A DNA stretch of 8,554 bases from a virus (taxonomy: Duplodnaviria; Heunggongvirae; Uroviricota; Caudoviricetes): the IMG/VR virus record IMGVR_UViG_2534681988_000034. One strand, given 5' to 3'. Of this stretch, positions 1-6,832 are shown one piece after another; position 1 is the first letter of the stretch, and each line of letters opens with the position of its first letter. A model generated the notes under the pieces. The model saw only the letters and a list, made by a program, of their open reading frames with translations. It was not told the DNA's origin and did no database searches. Both the position numbers and the translations under genes were made by a program.

Positions 1-1164
1 TTACGCCTTCTTTATATCCTCCATAATTCCAGAGTGGGACATATTTGGGACATTATCACCAAAAATGTCGTCTATTTTCCTCGCATGCTCTGTCAAATGA
101 TTAGGCGCAAGGTGAGCATACCTACGAACCATTTCTATGGACTCCCATCCGCCCATTTCCTGAAGCACTGATAATGGGACGCCTGACTGAATCAGCCAGC
201 TTGCCCAGGTGTGTCTGAGGTCATGGAAACGGAAATCTTCAATTCCTGCACGACGACAAGCTGATAGCCATGATGTCTTGCTGTCGATGCGCATCTTCCT
301 GACCGCAGGCGTTGATGTTCCATCTGCTCGCTTAGCCGCCTTGGTATGTACAAACACCCATTTGTGATGCTTGCCTATTTGATCACGCAACACTTTACAG
401 GCGGTATCGTTCAGCGCCACACCAATGGCGCGGTTTGATTTGCTCTCTTCTGGATTCACCCAGGCAACTCGTCGCTGCATGTCGATTTGTTGCCATTCCA
501 GATTTATGATGTTCGACTTTCTCAGACCAGTTGCCAGCGCAAACTTGACGACAGATTTCAGTGGTTCGGGGCACTCATCAATAAGGCGTTTTGCTTCCTC
601 CTTTTCCAGCCATCTGACTCGCTTGTTTCTGACCGCTGGTATCTTGATGACAGGCGCTTTTTCCAGCCACTTCCAGTCGCGTTCTGCAGCACGGAGAATG
701 GCCTTTATCATGGCAAGATGCTTTGCCTTTGTCTGAGTTGATACTGGCTTTGGTTCATAAACAGGCGGTTCTTTACCTTTCCTGATGGCGGCCTGAACTT
801 TCTGTTTCCATATTTCTTTCGTCTTTCTGTTATGCATTCTGCTTACAGCAGAGTAAATCTTTGCCTCCGAGATATCTTTAAGCCTTATACCCTCAAAATG
901 TTCAAGCCAGAACTCAATCCGGCTTTTATCTGAATCGAGAGATTTTTTATCAGCTTTTTCCTCAAGCCATCTTAGGCAGGCCTCTTCAAAAGTGACATCA
1001 GGTAAATCCCCTAGCTTTTCTACTCGCCAGAGTTCTGCTTTTCGCTTGTCGTGCAACTCCTGAGCTTGCCGCTTGTCCTTTGTGCCAAGAGATTCCTTAA
1101 TTCGTTTCCCGCCCGGGAGCGAATACGAGGCATACCATATTTCATTTCTGCGGAAGAGTGACAT
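1..1164 (-). CDS. int: Phage tyrosine integrase (lambdoid prophage Int)
   Basis: 387-aa ORF, complete in window (stop TAA as rc of 1-3; ATG as rc of 1162-1164 preceded by GAGGAAA). C-terminal tyrosine-recombinase signature (HDLRHTWAS ... VRRYAHL). N-terminus MSLFRR..YAS..LP.GKR matches lambdoid prophage integrases of the DLP12/Rac type from memory. Confidence 0.93.
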   Translation of the reverse strand: MSLFRRNEIWYASYSLPGGKRIKESLGTKDKRQAQELHDKRKAELWRVEKLGDLPDVTFEEACLRWLEEKADKKSLDSDKSRIEFWLEHFEGIRLKDISEAKIYSAVSRMHNRKTKEIWKQKVQAAIRKGKEPPVYEPKPVSTQTKAKHLAMIKAILRAAERDWKWLEKAPVIKIPAVRNKRVRWLEKEEAKRLIDECPEPLKSVVKFALATGLRKSNIINLEWQQIDMQRRVAWVNPEESKSNRAIGVALNDTACKVLRDQIGKHHKWVFVHTKAAKRADGTSTPAVRKMRIDSKTSWLSACRRAGIEDFRFHDLRHTWASWLIQSGVPLSVLQEMGGWESIEMVRRYAHLAPNHLTEHARKIDDIFGDNVPNMSHSGIMEDIKKA

Positions 1165-1391
1165 TTTCTTTCCTCTGTTATGCCATCACCCGCGCTCACC
1201 TGGACAGTATGCAGCGGAGACTGAAGCGCCGCAATGCAGGCTTGCCGTGTTGTGAGGTAAGGAGATTTTGGCTTGGTTGGATCTTTACGTGTTGCCTGTA
1301 GGCGGCCTGTTCGTATCCAGTTGGTGGCGGTTGGTCTGGATATCTTAAGAAACTGACAGGCCTCATCGAGTGTGAGGCTGTATGATTCCAT
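1020..1391 (-). CDS. xis: Excisionase-like DNA-binding protein (Xis/AlpA-type HTH)
   Basis: ORF directly upstream of int on the same strand. Start taken at the internal ATG (rc of 1389-1391) preceded by GAGG. N-terminus [31 protein letters not shown] looks like an excisionase/AlpA helix-turn-helix. The 3' end overlaps int by about 145 nt, which is longer than usual, so the true C-terminus is uncertain. Confidence 0.6.
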   Translation of the reverse strand: MESYSLTLDEACQFLKISRPTATNWIRTGRLQATRKDPTKPKSPYLTTRQACIAALQSPLHTVQVSAGDGITEERKCHSSAEMKYGMPRIRSRAGNELRNLLAQRTSGKLRSCTTSEKQNSGE

Positions 1392-1641
1392 GGTTACCTC
1401 TGCTTTTTGAACGCATGTCACGTAACTTCTTAATGTGTTCTGCCGTTTCGATCTCTTCTGCTATCCGATCTGCATCAGCTTTATTCACAGGTTCAAAGTC
1501 ATGATTAAAGCGGAACATGCTGGCGATACATGTTCTGCCTTTTCGGATGTAGTGAACTTTGTTGTGGGTAGAACGCAGGATTTTGCAGGGAGTGCCGTGG
1601 TGGTCGACGTACCAGGTGTTAGGAAAAATGATTCTGAACAT
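1363..1641 (-). CDS. Hypothetical small phage protein (92 aa)
   Basis: ORF with ATG (rc of 1639-1641) preceded by GAGGTG at good spacing, in the leftward operon between the TraR-like gene and xis. No family recognised from sequence alone. Confidence 0.5.
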   Translation of the reverse strand: MFRIIFPNTWYVDHHGTPCKILRSTHNKVHYIRKGRTCIASMFRFNHDFEPVNKADADRIAEEIETAEHIKKLRDMRSKSRGNHGIIQPHTR

Positions 1642-1688
1642 TTTTACACCTCAGTTGGACGATGTTGAAATTTGCTGCTTTGAGGCCA

Positions 1689-1907
1689 TCACAGTCCCCA
1701 TTGTTTGTTCTTAAGTTCGATCTCCTCCTGGCAACTTGCACAAGTCCGACAACCCTGAACAGCCAGGCGTCTTCGCTCATCTATCGGATCGCCACACTCA
1801 CAACAATGAGTTGCGGATACAGTCTGGTAGTTCTGACGACGCATTTTTATTGCTGTATTGCGCTGTAATTCTTCGATTTCTGATGCTGAATCAATGATGT
1901 CTGCCAT
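1689..1907 (-). CDS. TraR/DksA-family C4 zinc-finger protein
   Basis: 72-aa ORF with CxxC-(17)-CxxC cysteine pattern (CCECGDPIDERRRLAVQGCRTCASC), as in TraR/DksA C4-type zinc fingers found in conjugative plasmids and lambdoid phages. Confidence 0.65.
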   Translation of the reverse strand: MADIIDSASEIEELQRNTAIKMRRQNYQTVSATHCCECGDPIDERRRLAVQGCRTCASCQEEIELKNKQWGL

Positions 1908-1962
1908 CTTCCATTAATCCCTGAATTGTTGGTTAATACGCTTGAGGATGAATGCGAACAAT

Positions 1963-1983
1963 AAAAAAGGAGCCTGTAGCTCC
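1963..1983 (-). terminator. Putative Rho-independent terminator (minus strand)
   Basis: Inverted repeat GGAGC(1969-1973)/GCTCC(1979-1983) with 5-nt loop. On the minus strand the hairpin is followed by a U6 tract (plus A-run 1963-1968). Lies about 20 nt downstream of the orf61-like stop. Confidence 0.45.
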
Positions 1984-2005
1984 CTGATGATTTTGCTTTT
2001 CATGT

Positions 2006-2221
2006 TCACCGTTCCTTAAAGACGCCGTTTAACATGCCGATCGCCAGGCTTAAATGAGTCGGTGTGAATCCCATCAGCGTTACCGTTTCGCGGTGCTTCT
2101 TTAGTACGCTACGGCAAATGTCATCGACGTTTTTATCCGGAAAATGCTGTCTGGCTTTTTTGATTTCAGAATTAGCCTGACGGGCAATGCTGCGAAGGGC
2201 GTTTTCTTGCTGAGGTGTCAT
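2006..2221 (-). CDS. Small lambda orf61-like protein
   Basis: Minus-strand ORF; preferred start MTPQQENALRSIARQ.. (ATG as rc of 2219-2221, 71 aa). A longer 93-aa form from ATG at 2285-2287 is possible but has no RBS. Position (third small ORF downstream of exo) and recalled sequence match lambda orf61. Confidence 0.55.
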   Translation of the reverse strand: MTPQQENALRSIARQANSEIKKARQHFPDKNVDDICRSVLKKHRETVTLMGFTPTHLSLAIGMLNGVFKER

Positions 2222-2297
2222 TGAACAAGCCCCATGTCGGCAAGCATAAGCACACAGAATATGAAGCCCGCTGCCAGAAAAATGCATTCAGTGGTTG

Positions 2298-2489
2298 TCA
2301 TACCTGGTCTCTCTCATCTGCTTCTGCTTTCGCCACCATCATTTCCAGCTTTTGTGAAAGGGATGTGGCTAACGTATGAAATTCTTCGTCTGTTTCTACT
2401 GGTATTGGCACAAACCTGACTCCAATTTGAGCAAGGCTATGTGCCATCTCAATACTCGTTCTTAACTCAACAGGAGATGCTTTGTGCAT
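2298..2489 (-). CDS. Small lambda orf63-like protein
   Basis: 63-aa ORF with strong RBS GGGAGG 4 nt upstream of ATG (rc of 2487-2489). Sequence [23 protein letters not shown].. matches lambda orf63 from memory. Confidence 0.6.
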   Translation of the reverse strand: MHKASPVELRTSIEMAHSLAQIGVRFVPIPVETDEEFHTLATSLSQKLEMMVAKAEADERDQV

Positions 2490-2650
2490 ACCGCCTCCCG
2501 TTTATTATTTATCTTCTCAGCCAGCCGCTGTGCTTTCAGTGGATTTCTGATAACAGAAAGGCCGGGAAATACCCAGCCTCGCTTTGTAACGGAGTAGACG
2601 AAAGTGATCGCGCCTACCCGGATATTATCGTGAGGATGCGTCATCGCCAT
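2462..2650 (-). CDS. Small lambda orf60a-like protein
   Basis: 62-aa ORF starting 10 nt inside the 3' end of exo (ATG rc of 2648-2650, GGGGAG upstream) and overlapping the orf63-like start by 28 nt. Same arrangement and size as lambda orf60a. Confidence 0.4.
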   Translation of the reverse strand: MAMTHPHDNIRVGAITFVYSVTKRGWVFPGLSVIRNPLKAQRLAEKINNKREAVCTKHLLLS

Positions 2651-3321
2651 TGCTCCCCAAATACAAAACCAATTTCAGCCAGTGCCTCGTCCATTTTTTC
2701 GATGAACTCCGGCACCATCTCGTCAAAACTCGCCATGTACTTTTCATTCCGCTCAATCACGACATAATGCAGGCCTTCACGCTTCATGCGCGGGTCATAG
2801 TTGGCAAAGTACCAGGCATCTTTTCGCGTCACCCACATGCTGTACTGCACCTGGGCCATGTAAGCCGATTTTATTGCCTCGAAACCACCGAGCCGGAATT
2901 TCATGAAATCCCGGGAGGTAAACGGGCATTTCAGTTCAAGGCCGTTGCCGTCACTGCATAAACCATCGGGAGAGCAGGCGGTGCGCATACTTTCGTCGCG
3001 ATAGATGATCGGGGATTCAGTAATATTCACGCCGGAAGTGAATTCAAACAGGGTTCTGGCGTCGTTCTCGTACTGTTTTCCCCAGGCCAGCGCCTTAGCA
3101 TTAACTTCCGGAGCCACACCGGTGCAAACCTCAGCCAGCAGGGTGTGGAAGTAGGACATTTTCATGTCAGGCCACTTCTTTCCTGAGCGGGGCTTTGCTA
3201 TCACGTTGTGAACTTCTGAAGCGGTGATGACGCCGAGCCGTAATTTGTGCCATGCATCATCCCCCTGTTCGACAGCTCTCACGTCGATCCCGGTACGCTG
3301 CAGGATAATGTCCGGTATCAT
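2641..3321 (-). CDS. exo: Lambda-type 5'-3' exonuclease (Red alpha)
   Basis: 226-aa ORF, near-identical from memory to lambda Exo (…[63 protein letters not shown]…). Start overlaps the bet stop (ATGA-type coupling) as in lambda. Confidence 0.95.
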   Translation of the reverse strand: MIPDIILQRTGIDVRAVEQGDDAWHKLRLGVITASEVHNVIAKPRSGKKWPDMKMSYFHTLLAEVCTGVAPEVNAKALAWGKQYENDARTLFEFTSGVNITESPIIYRDESMRTACSPDGLCSDGNGLELKCPFTSRDFMKFRLGGFEAIKSAYMAQVQYSMWVTRKDAWYFANYDPRMKREGLHYVVIERNEKYMASFDEMVPEFIEKMDEALAEIGFVFGEQWR

Positions 3322-4103
3322 GCTGCCACCTTCTGCTCAGTGGCTTTCTGTTTCAGGAATCCAAGAGCTTTCACTGCTTCGGCCTGTGTCAGTTCTGACG
3401 ATGCGCGAATGTCGCGGCGAAATATCTGGGAACAGAGCGGCAATAAGTCGTCATCCCATGTTTTATCCAGGGCGATCAGCAGAGTGTTAATCTCCTGCAT
3501 GGTTTCATCGTTAACCGGAGTGATGTCGCGTTCTGGCTGACGTTCTGCAGTGTATGCAGTATTTTCGACAATGCGCTCGGCTTCATCCTTGTCATAGATA
3601 CCAGCAAATCCGAAGGCCAGACGGGCACACTGAATCATGGCTTTATGCCGTAACATCCGTTTGGGATGCGACTGCCACGGCCCCGTGATTTCTCTGCCTT
3701 CGCGGGTTTTGAATGGTTCGCGGCGGCATTCATCCATCCATTCGGTAACGCAGATCGGATGATTACGGTCCTTGCGGTAAATCCGGCATGTACAGGATTC
3801 ATTGTCCTGCTCAAAGTCCATGCCATCAAACTGCTGGTTTTCATTGATGATGCGGGACCAGCCATCAACGCCCACCACCGGAACAATGCCGTTCTGCTTA
3901 TCAGGGAAGGCGTAAATTTCTTTCGTCCACGGATTAAGGCCGTACTGGTTGGCGACGATCAACAATGCGATGAACTGCGCATCGCTGGCATCACCTTTAA
4001 ATGCCGTCTGGCGAAGAGTGGTGATCAGTTCCTGTGGGTCGACAGAATCCATGCCGACACGTTCAGCCAGCTTCCCTGCCAGCGTTGCGAGTGCTGTACT
4101 CAT
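3318..4103 (-). CDS. bet: Single-strand annealing recombinase Bet (Red beta)
   Basis: 261-aa ORF, near-identical from memory to lambda Bet ([66 protein letters not shown]…). Immediately upstream of exo. Confidence 0.95.
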   Translation of the reverse strand: MSTALATLAGKLAERVGMDSVDPQELITTLRQTAFKGDASDAQFIALLIVANQYGLNPWTKEIYAFPDKQNGIVPVVGVDGWSRIINENQQFDGMDFEQDNESCTCRIYRKDRNHPICVTEWMDECRREPFKTREGREITGPWQSHPKRMLRHKAMIQCARLAFGFAGIYDKDEAERIVENTAYTAERQPERDITPVNDETMQEINTLLIALDKTWDDDLLPLCSQIFRRDIRASSELTQAEAVKALGFLKQKATEQKVAA

Positions 4104-4108
4104 CCGTT

Positions 4109-4405
4109 TTATACCTCTGAATCAATATCAACCTGGTGGTGAGCAATGGTTTCAACCATGTACCGGATGTGTTCTGCCATGCGCTCCTGAAACTCAACAT
4201 CGTCATCAAACGCACGGGTAATGGCTTTTTTGCTGGCCCCGTGGCGTTGCAAATGATCGATGCATAGCGATTCAAACAGGTGCTGGGGCAGGCCTTTTTC
4301 CATGTCGTCTGCCAGTTCTGCCTCTTTCTCTTCACGGGCGATCTGCTGGTAGTGACGCGCCCAGCTCTGAGCCTCAAGACGATCCTGAATGTAATAAGCG
4401 TTCAT
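4109..4405 (-). CDS. gam: Gam, host RecBCD inhibitor (short form)
   Basis: 98-aa [63 protein letters not shown]… matches the 98-residue C-terminal (GamS) part of lambda Gam. AGGAG RBS 7 nt upstream of ATG (rc of 4403-4405). Confidence 0.9.
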   Translation of the reverse strand: MNAYYIQDRLEAQSWARHYQQIAREEKEAELADDMEKGLPQHLFESLCIDHLQRHGASKKAITRAFDDDVEFQERMAEHIRYMVETIAHHQVDIDSEV

Positions 4406-4480
4406 GGCTGAACTCCTGAAAATGGCTGTGAAAAAATCGCCCGCGGAATGCCAGGCTGATTCGGAAAACAGGAAAGGGGA

Positions 4481-4687
4481 TTAGTGATTCAGAGCGTTGC
4501 CGCGTCCGTCGAGAAAAACTTCCACGAGCAAGTCACGGGTATAAGTGCGCTCAATGCCGCGATGCAGATAAAGTCGTCCGCGTAAATTAGCTGATGCAGT
4601 CCAGGTACCATCTTTGCGTTTGACCAGCATTCCTGGCATGACCGCACCGCGATTAACGGTCTGCGTTCCGTAATGTTGATGAACCAT
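4481..4687 (-). CDS. Small pL-operon protein in the kil position (68 aa; 96 aa if started at 4771)
   Basis: ORF directly upstream of gam on the minus strand. Internal ATG (rc of 4685-4687) has a strong AGGAG RBS 5 nt upstream; the longer form from 4771 has only a poorly spaced GAGG. Basic, Arg/Lys-rich small protein; function inferred from position only. Confidence 0.5.
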   Translation of the reverse strand: MVHQHYGTQTVNRGAVMPGMLVKRKDGTWTASANLRGRLYLHRGIERTYTRDLLVEVFLDGRGNALNH

Positions 4688-4964
4688 AAAAACTCCTGCC
4701 CGTAAGCTGGGCTGCTGAACATATAAAGACTTCTGCGCGTATTCAGGCGGTGGATGGCCGCCGGTTGTCATAACTAAGCCGCCTCGTTGAAGCGACTAAG
4801 GTATGAAATGTTGAGTTGATTTCAGCTGGTCACACCGACGTTCACGCGTCCGTTTCATCCCTCGCACTCCCCGAAGCCTGCTGAAATTCAAGCTGCGGAT
4901 CTAAGCGGTCATCGCAACGGTGAATCAGGTGATTGCCGTATCGTTGTGTTGTTGCGATGAACTC

Positions 4965-4993
4965 ATTTAAAACTATAGTTGTTTTATCGTCAA
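4965..4993 (-). promoter_or_regulatory. Putative early leftward promoter pL (-35 TTGACG, 17-bp spacer, -10 TTAAAT)
   Basis: Minus-strand reading: TTGACG (rc of 4988-4993), 17 nt, TTAAAT (rc of 4965-4970); predicted start near 4957. The block is near-identical to the pR block upstream of cro (TTGACT-AAAAACAACCATAGTT-TTAATC). Confidence 0.5.
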
Positions 4994-5040
4994 CAACAAA
5001 AGTTGTTTTGTTGGTTGTTTTAGATATAACTGGTTGTATT
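4971..5040. promoter_or_regulatory. Putative OL operator cluster (repeated GTTGTT/AACAAC half-sites)
   Basis: Perfect 16-bp palindrome AACAACAAAAGTTGTT (4992-5007), inverted repeat GTTGTT-8-AACAAC (4978-4997), palindrome AACTATAGTT (4971-4980), and further GGTTGTTTT / GGTTGTATT copies (5013-5040). The same half-site TGGTTGTT/AACAACCA occurs in the cI-cro intergenic region. Confidence 0.45.
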
Positions 5041-5130
5041 TAAGATGGATTTATTTTGTGACTTGCATCGCATAGCGATAACTGAAGCGAGGTCGTGGTG
5101 GTTTTTTTGAACGGTGTATGATGAGGGGAG

Positions 5131-5163
5131 GGCAAAAGAAAACCCGGCACGGTGGCCGGGTTT
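5131..5163 (-). terminator. Putative Rho-independent terminator closing the cI operon
   Basis: 9-bp stem AAACCCGGC(5140-5148)/GCCGGGTTT(5155-5163) with 6-nt loop. On the minus strand the hairpin is followed by UUCUUUUG. Lies about 75 nt downstream of the 147-aa gene stop and upstream of OL/pL. Confidence 0.5.
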
Positions 5164-5237
5164 AGATGATTGGTTAAGAGCGAGGGTAATGGGGAATGAA
5201 AAATCGCTTTACCTAATGCAAGGGTGCGAGCATTTTC

Positions 5238-5681
5238 TTAAGCACTAAAGAAAAAGTACATTGATAGCTTATAAAGTCCTGTTCCTGCAGCGATGATTGC
5301 TGGAACACCAAGCAATACCGCAAGCTTTGCGTCTGAAATCTTTCTATCGACAGCATCACTTGATGGCTTGTTTGTTAAGGATTCTTTTATAGAGTCCAGA
5401 CGTGCAAGAATAGTTATCATATTTTTGTCGATAGCTTTAACGTCTGTTTTAAGTTCATCAACGTCTCGTTTGATATGAGCAACATCGGACTCCAGTTTTG
5501 CAACTTTTTCAGGCATGTTATCACTCCCAGACCCACTGCTACCACTTGATTGTAGCATGTCCCATCTTTTTCCAGATATACCTGCTAGCTGGGAAGACGC
5601 ACTGGAGTGCAAACAAAATGATTCTGCCGCCTTTGCAATTTTATCATTTAGGTTTGGAGCTTCGTAATAATCGTGTTTCAT
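5238..5681 (-). CDS. Hypothetical coiled-coil protein with C-terminal transmembrane anchor (147 aa), in the rex-equivalent position
   Basis: Minus-strand ORF 12 nt downstream of the 87-aa gene. Ser/Gly-rich linker (SSGSSGSGS), heptad-like coiled-coil segment (KVAKLESDVAHIKRDVDELKTDVKAIDKNMITILARLDSIKESL), and hydrophobic C-terminus (LAVLLGVPAIIAAGTGLYKL). No SD before the first ATG; an internal ATG (rc of 5514-5516) has GGGAG at 7 nt and would give a 92-aa form. Region is AT-rich by eye. Confidence 0.6.
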   Translation of the reverse strand: MKHDYYEAPNLNDKIAKAAESFCLHSSASSQLAGISGKRWDMLQSSGSSGSGSDNMPEKVAKLESDVAHIKRDVDELKTDVKAIDKNMITILARLDSIKESLTNKPSSDAVDRKISDAKLAVLLGVPAIIAAGTGLYKLSMYFFFSA

Positions 5682-5693
5682 AATTAATTACGA

Positions 5694-5957
5694 TTAGTTT
5701 GTTTTAGCTTTGTCATGCTGGTCGCGAATGAAGTCAGCCAATTTAAGCATCAATTCTTCGGGCATTCTAATGGTTGCAATGTTGTACTTTATGTTCTCAA
5801 CATCGTCACTTTCATCAACAGGCCATTCAGTTACATTATGAAAAAAAGAAATTGAACCTAGGCGCTGAGAGCCGTCACCAAACGAAGAGTAGCCAAACGC
5901 GTCGGCGTATGCATCGACACAGTTATTTGATTTTTTAACAAGTGTTTTATTACTCAT
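5694..5957 (-). CDS. Hypothetical small acidic protein (87 aa), first gene of the module downstream of cI
   Basis: Minus-strand ORF 81 nt downstream of the cI stop. ATG (rc of 5955-5957) preceded by AAAGG at 5 nt. Acidic C-terminal half (WPVDESDDVENIKYNIATIRMPEELMLKLADFIRDQHDKAK). AT-rich codon usage unlike the flanking Red and cI genes. No family recognised. Confidence 0.6.
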   Translation of the reverse strand: MSNKTLVKKSNNCVDAYADAFGYSSFGDGSQRLGSISFFHNVTEWPVDESDDVENIKYNIATIRMPEELMLKLADFIRDQHDKAKTN

Positions 5958-6038
5958 TTTTGCCTTTCCCGTAATGTTATTTTTTATAAGGTATTTTCTT
6001 CAGCGTATTACCCAAAAGCCTCATCAACACGCGGCTGA

Positions 6039-6728
6039 TTATCCGTGTTTTCTGTACGTCTGCGGCATGCTCCCAATAACCTTACCGAATATGAATACCC
6101 GGTTCATCTCGTCTTTCTCGATAGGGTCCCACGGTGAGTAGCTCTTGTTATCAGAGATAACCAGCAGTTTATCCTTCATCATTTGCAGGCGCTTTACATG
6201 GGCGGTGTCGTCGTACAGAAATGCATAGATACCATCACCGTCGAAAGATTTAACCGTGATATCAACGAACAGCAGATCACCTGGTTCGATCGTTCCTGAC
6301 ATGCTGTCACCACGCACGTTAATGATGCGGATATTTTCTGCCTTCCTACCATCGAACATGTGACGAGCATCGTCAAACGAGTACTCAACCGAGCGTAGAA
6401 CTTCTACAAACTCACGGTTGATGACTCCCGGCCCAGCACTGACTTCTATATCAAGAACGTCAATCTTGAAGTATTTGGAATGGCTGACAGTTGATTGTAT
6501 TGGTTGCACTGTACTGTCTGACATATTTCCAACGCCAGAAGATAACCATTCTGCGCGCACACCCAAAGCGTTCGCGATCTCCACGATTTTAGTTGTTTGA
6601 TTAGCTTTCCCTGTTTCGATTTTCTGAATAGCAGCCTGGCTAACCCCGACCAAATCCCCAAGCGCCTTTTGTGTAAGGCCTCGCGCTAATCTGGCTTCTT
6701 TAAGTCTTTCTGAGAGTGTTGTTTTCAT
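6039..6728 (-). CDS. cI: CI-type prophage repressor (N-terminal XRE-family HTH + C-terminal S24/LexA-like autopeptidase)
   Basis: Start chosen at MKTTLSERLKEARLARGLTQKALGDLVGVSQAAIQKIETGK (ATG rc of 6726-6728), a typical HTH_3 N-terminus; the 22 codons upstream cover the operator region. C-terminal domain has an Ala-Gly cleavage site (VSAGPG), catalytic Ser in GDSM and Lys in VKRL, as in LexA / lambda cI. Divergent from cro. Confidence 0.85.
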   Translation of the reverse strand: MKTTLSERLKEARLARGLTQKALGDLVGVSQAAIQKIETGKANQTTKIVEIANALGVRAEWLSSGVGNMSDSTVQPIQSTVSHSKYFKIDVLDIEVSAGPGVINREFVEVLRSVEYSFDDARHMFDGRKAENIRIINVRGDSMSGTIEPGDLLFVDITVKSFDGDGIYAFLYDDTAHVKRLQMMKDKLLVISDNKSYSPWDPIEKDEMNRVFIFGKVIGSMPQTYRKHG

Positions 6729-6832
6729 AGTCCAAATGTACAACCAAGGTTTTATTCCATCAAACGAAAATGGTTGTTGACTAAAAACAACCATAGTTTT
6801 AATCTTGATTCAAATTAACCACGGAGGTTGTT
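6729..6832. promoter_or_regulatory. OR operator region with divergent promoters pR (plus, for cro) and PRM (minus, for cI)
   Basis: pR: TTGACT (6777-6782), 17-bp spacer, TAATCT (6800-6805), then GGAGG RBS and cro ATG at 6833. Inverted repeat TGGTTGTT(6771-6778)/AACAACCA(6786-6793) overlaps the pR -35 and spacer. PRM (minus): TTTGAT (rc of 6759-6764), 18 nt, TACATT (rc of 6735-6740), ending 6 nt before the cI ATG, implying a leaderless cI mRNA as in lambda. Confidence 0.55.

Noticed and set aside
1-60. Phage attachment site (attL/attP core) or a tRNA integration target near the int end
   Set aside because: The integrase stop codon is at position 1-3, so any att core would lie beyond the window edge. 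No tRNA-like sequence is visible in the window.
425-4221. Plus-strand ORFs from the six-frame track (425..736, 487..741, 1073..1255, 1435..1668, 1662..1868, 2234..2419, 2441..2767, 2650..2961, 3224..3490, 3247..3540, 3666..4142, 3949..4221)
   Set aside because: All lie antisense to well-supported minus-strand genes (int, xis, Red module and others), lack convincing RBSs, and have low-complexity or odd compositions typical of shadow ORFs.
5089-5110. Plus-strand T7 run (5102..5108) as a possible plus-strand terminator or small-RNA 3' end
   Set aside because: No convincing GC-rich hairpin immediately precedes the T-run, and nothing upstream on the plus strand appears to be transcribed toward it. 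More likely part of the AT-rich spacer between the cI-operon terminator and OL.
5238-5957. The two-gene module as RexA/RexB, N or Nun homologues
   Set aside because: Sizes and features do not fit: RexA is about 279 aa, RexB is a polytopic membrane protein, and N/Nun carry an arginine-rich N-terminal motif. None of this is present, so the module is reported as uncharacterised.
6025-6048. Inverted repeat AACACG-(12)-CGTGTT spanning the cI stop codon
   Set aside because: Large loop and no adjacent U-tract on the minus strand. Could be a weak attenuator but is not supportable as a terminator; the 87-aa gene more likely has read-through from PRM or a weak promoter of its own.
6729-6794. 5' extension of cI (251-aa form starting at 6794)
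   Set aside because: The extension translates the operator/promoter DNA (MVVFSQQPFSFDGIKPWLYIWT), and the HTH domain aligns from MKTTLSERL. A leaderless start at 6728 is more plausible.
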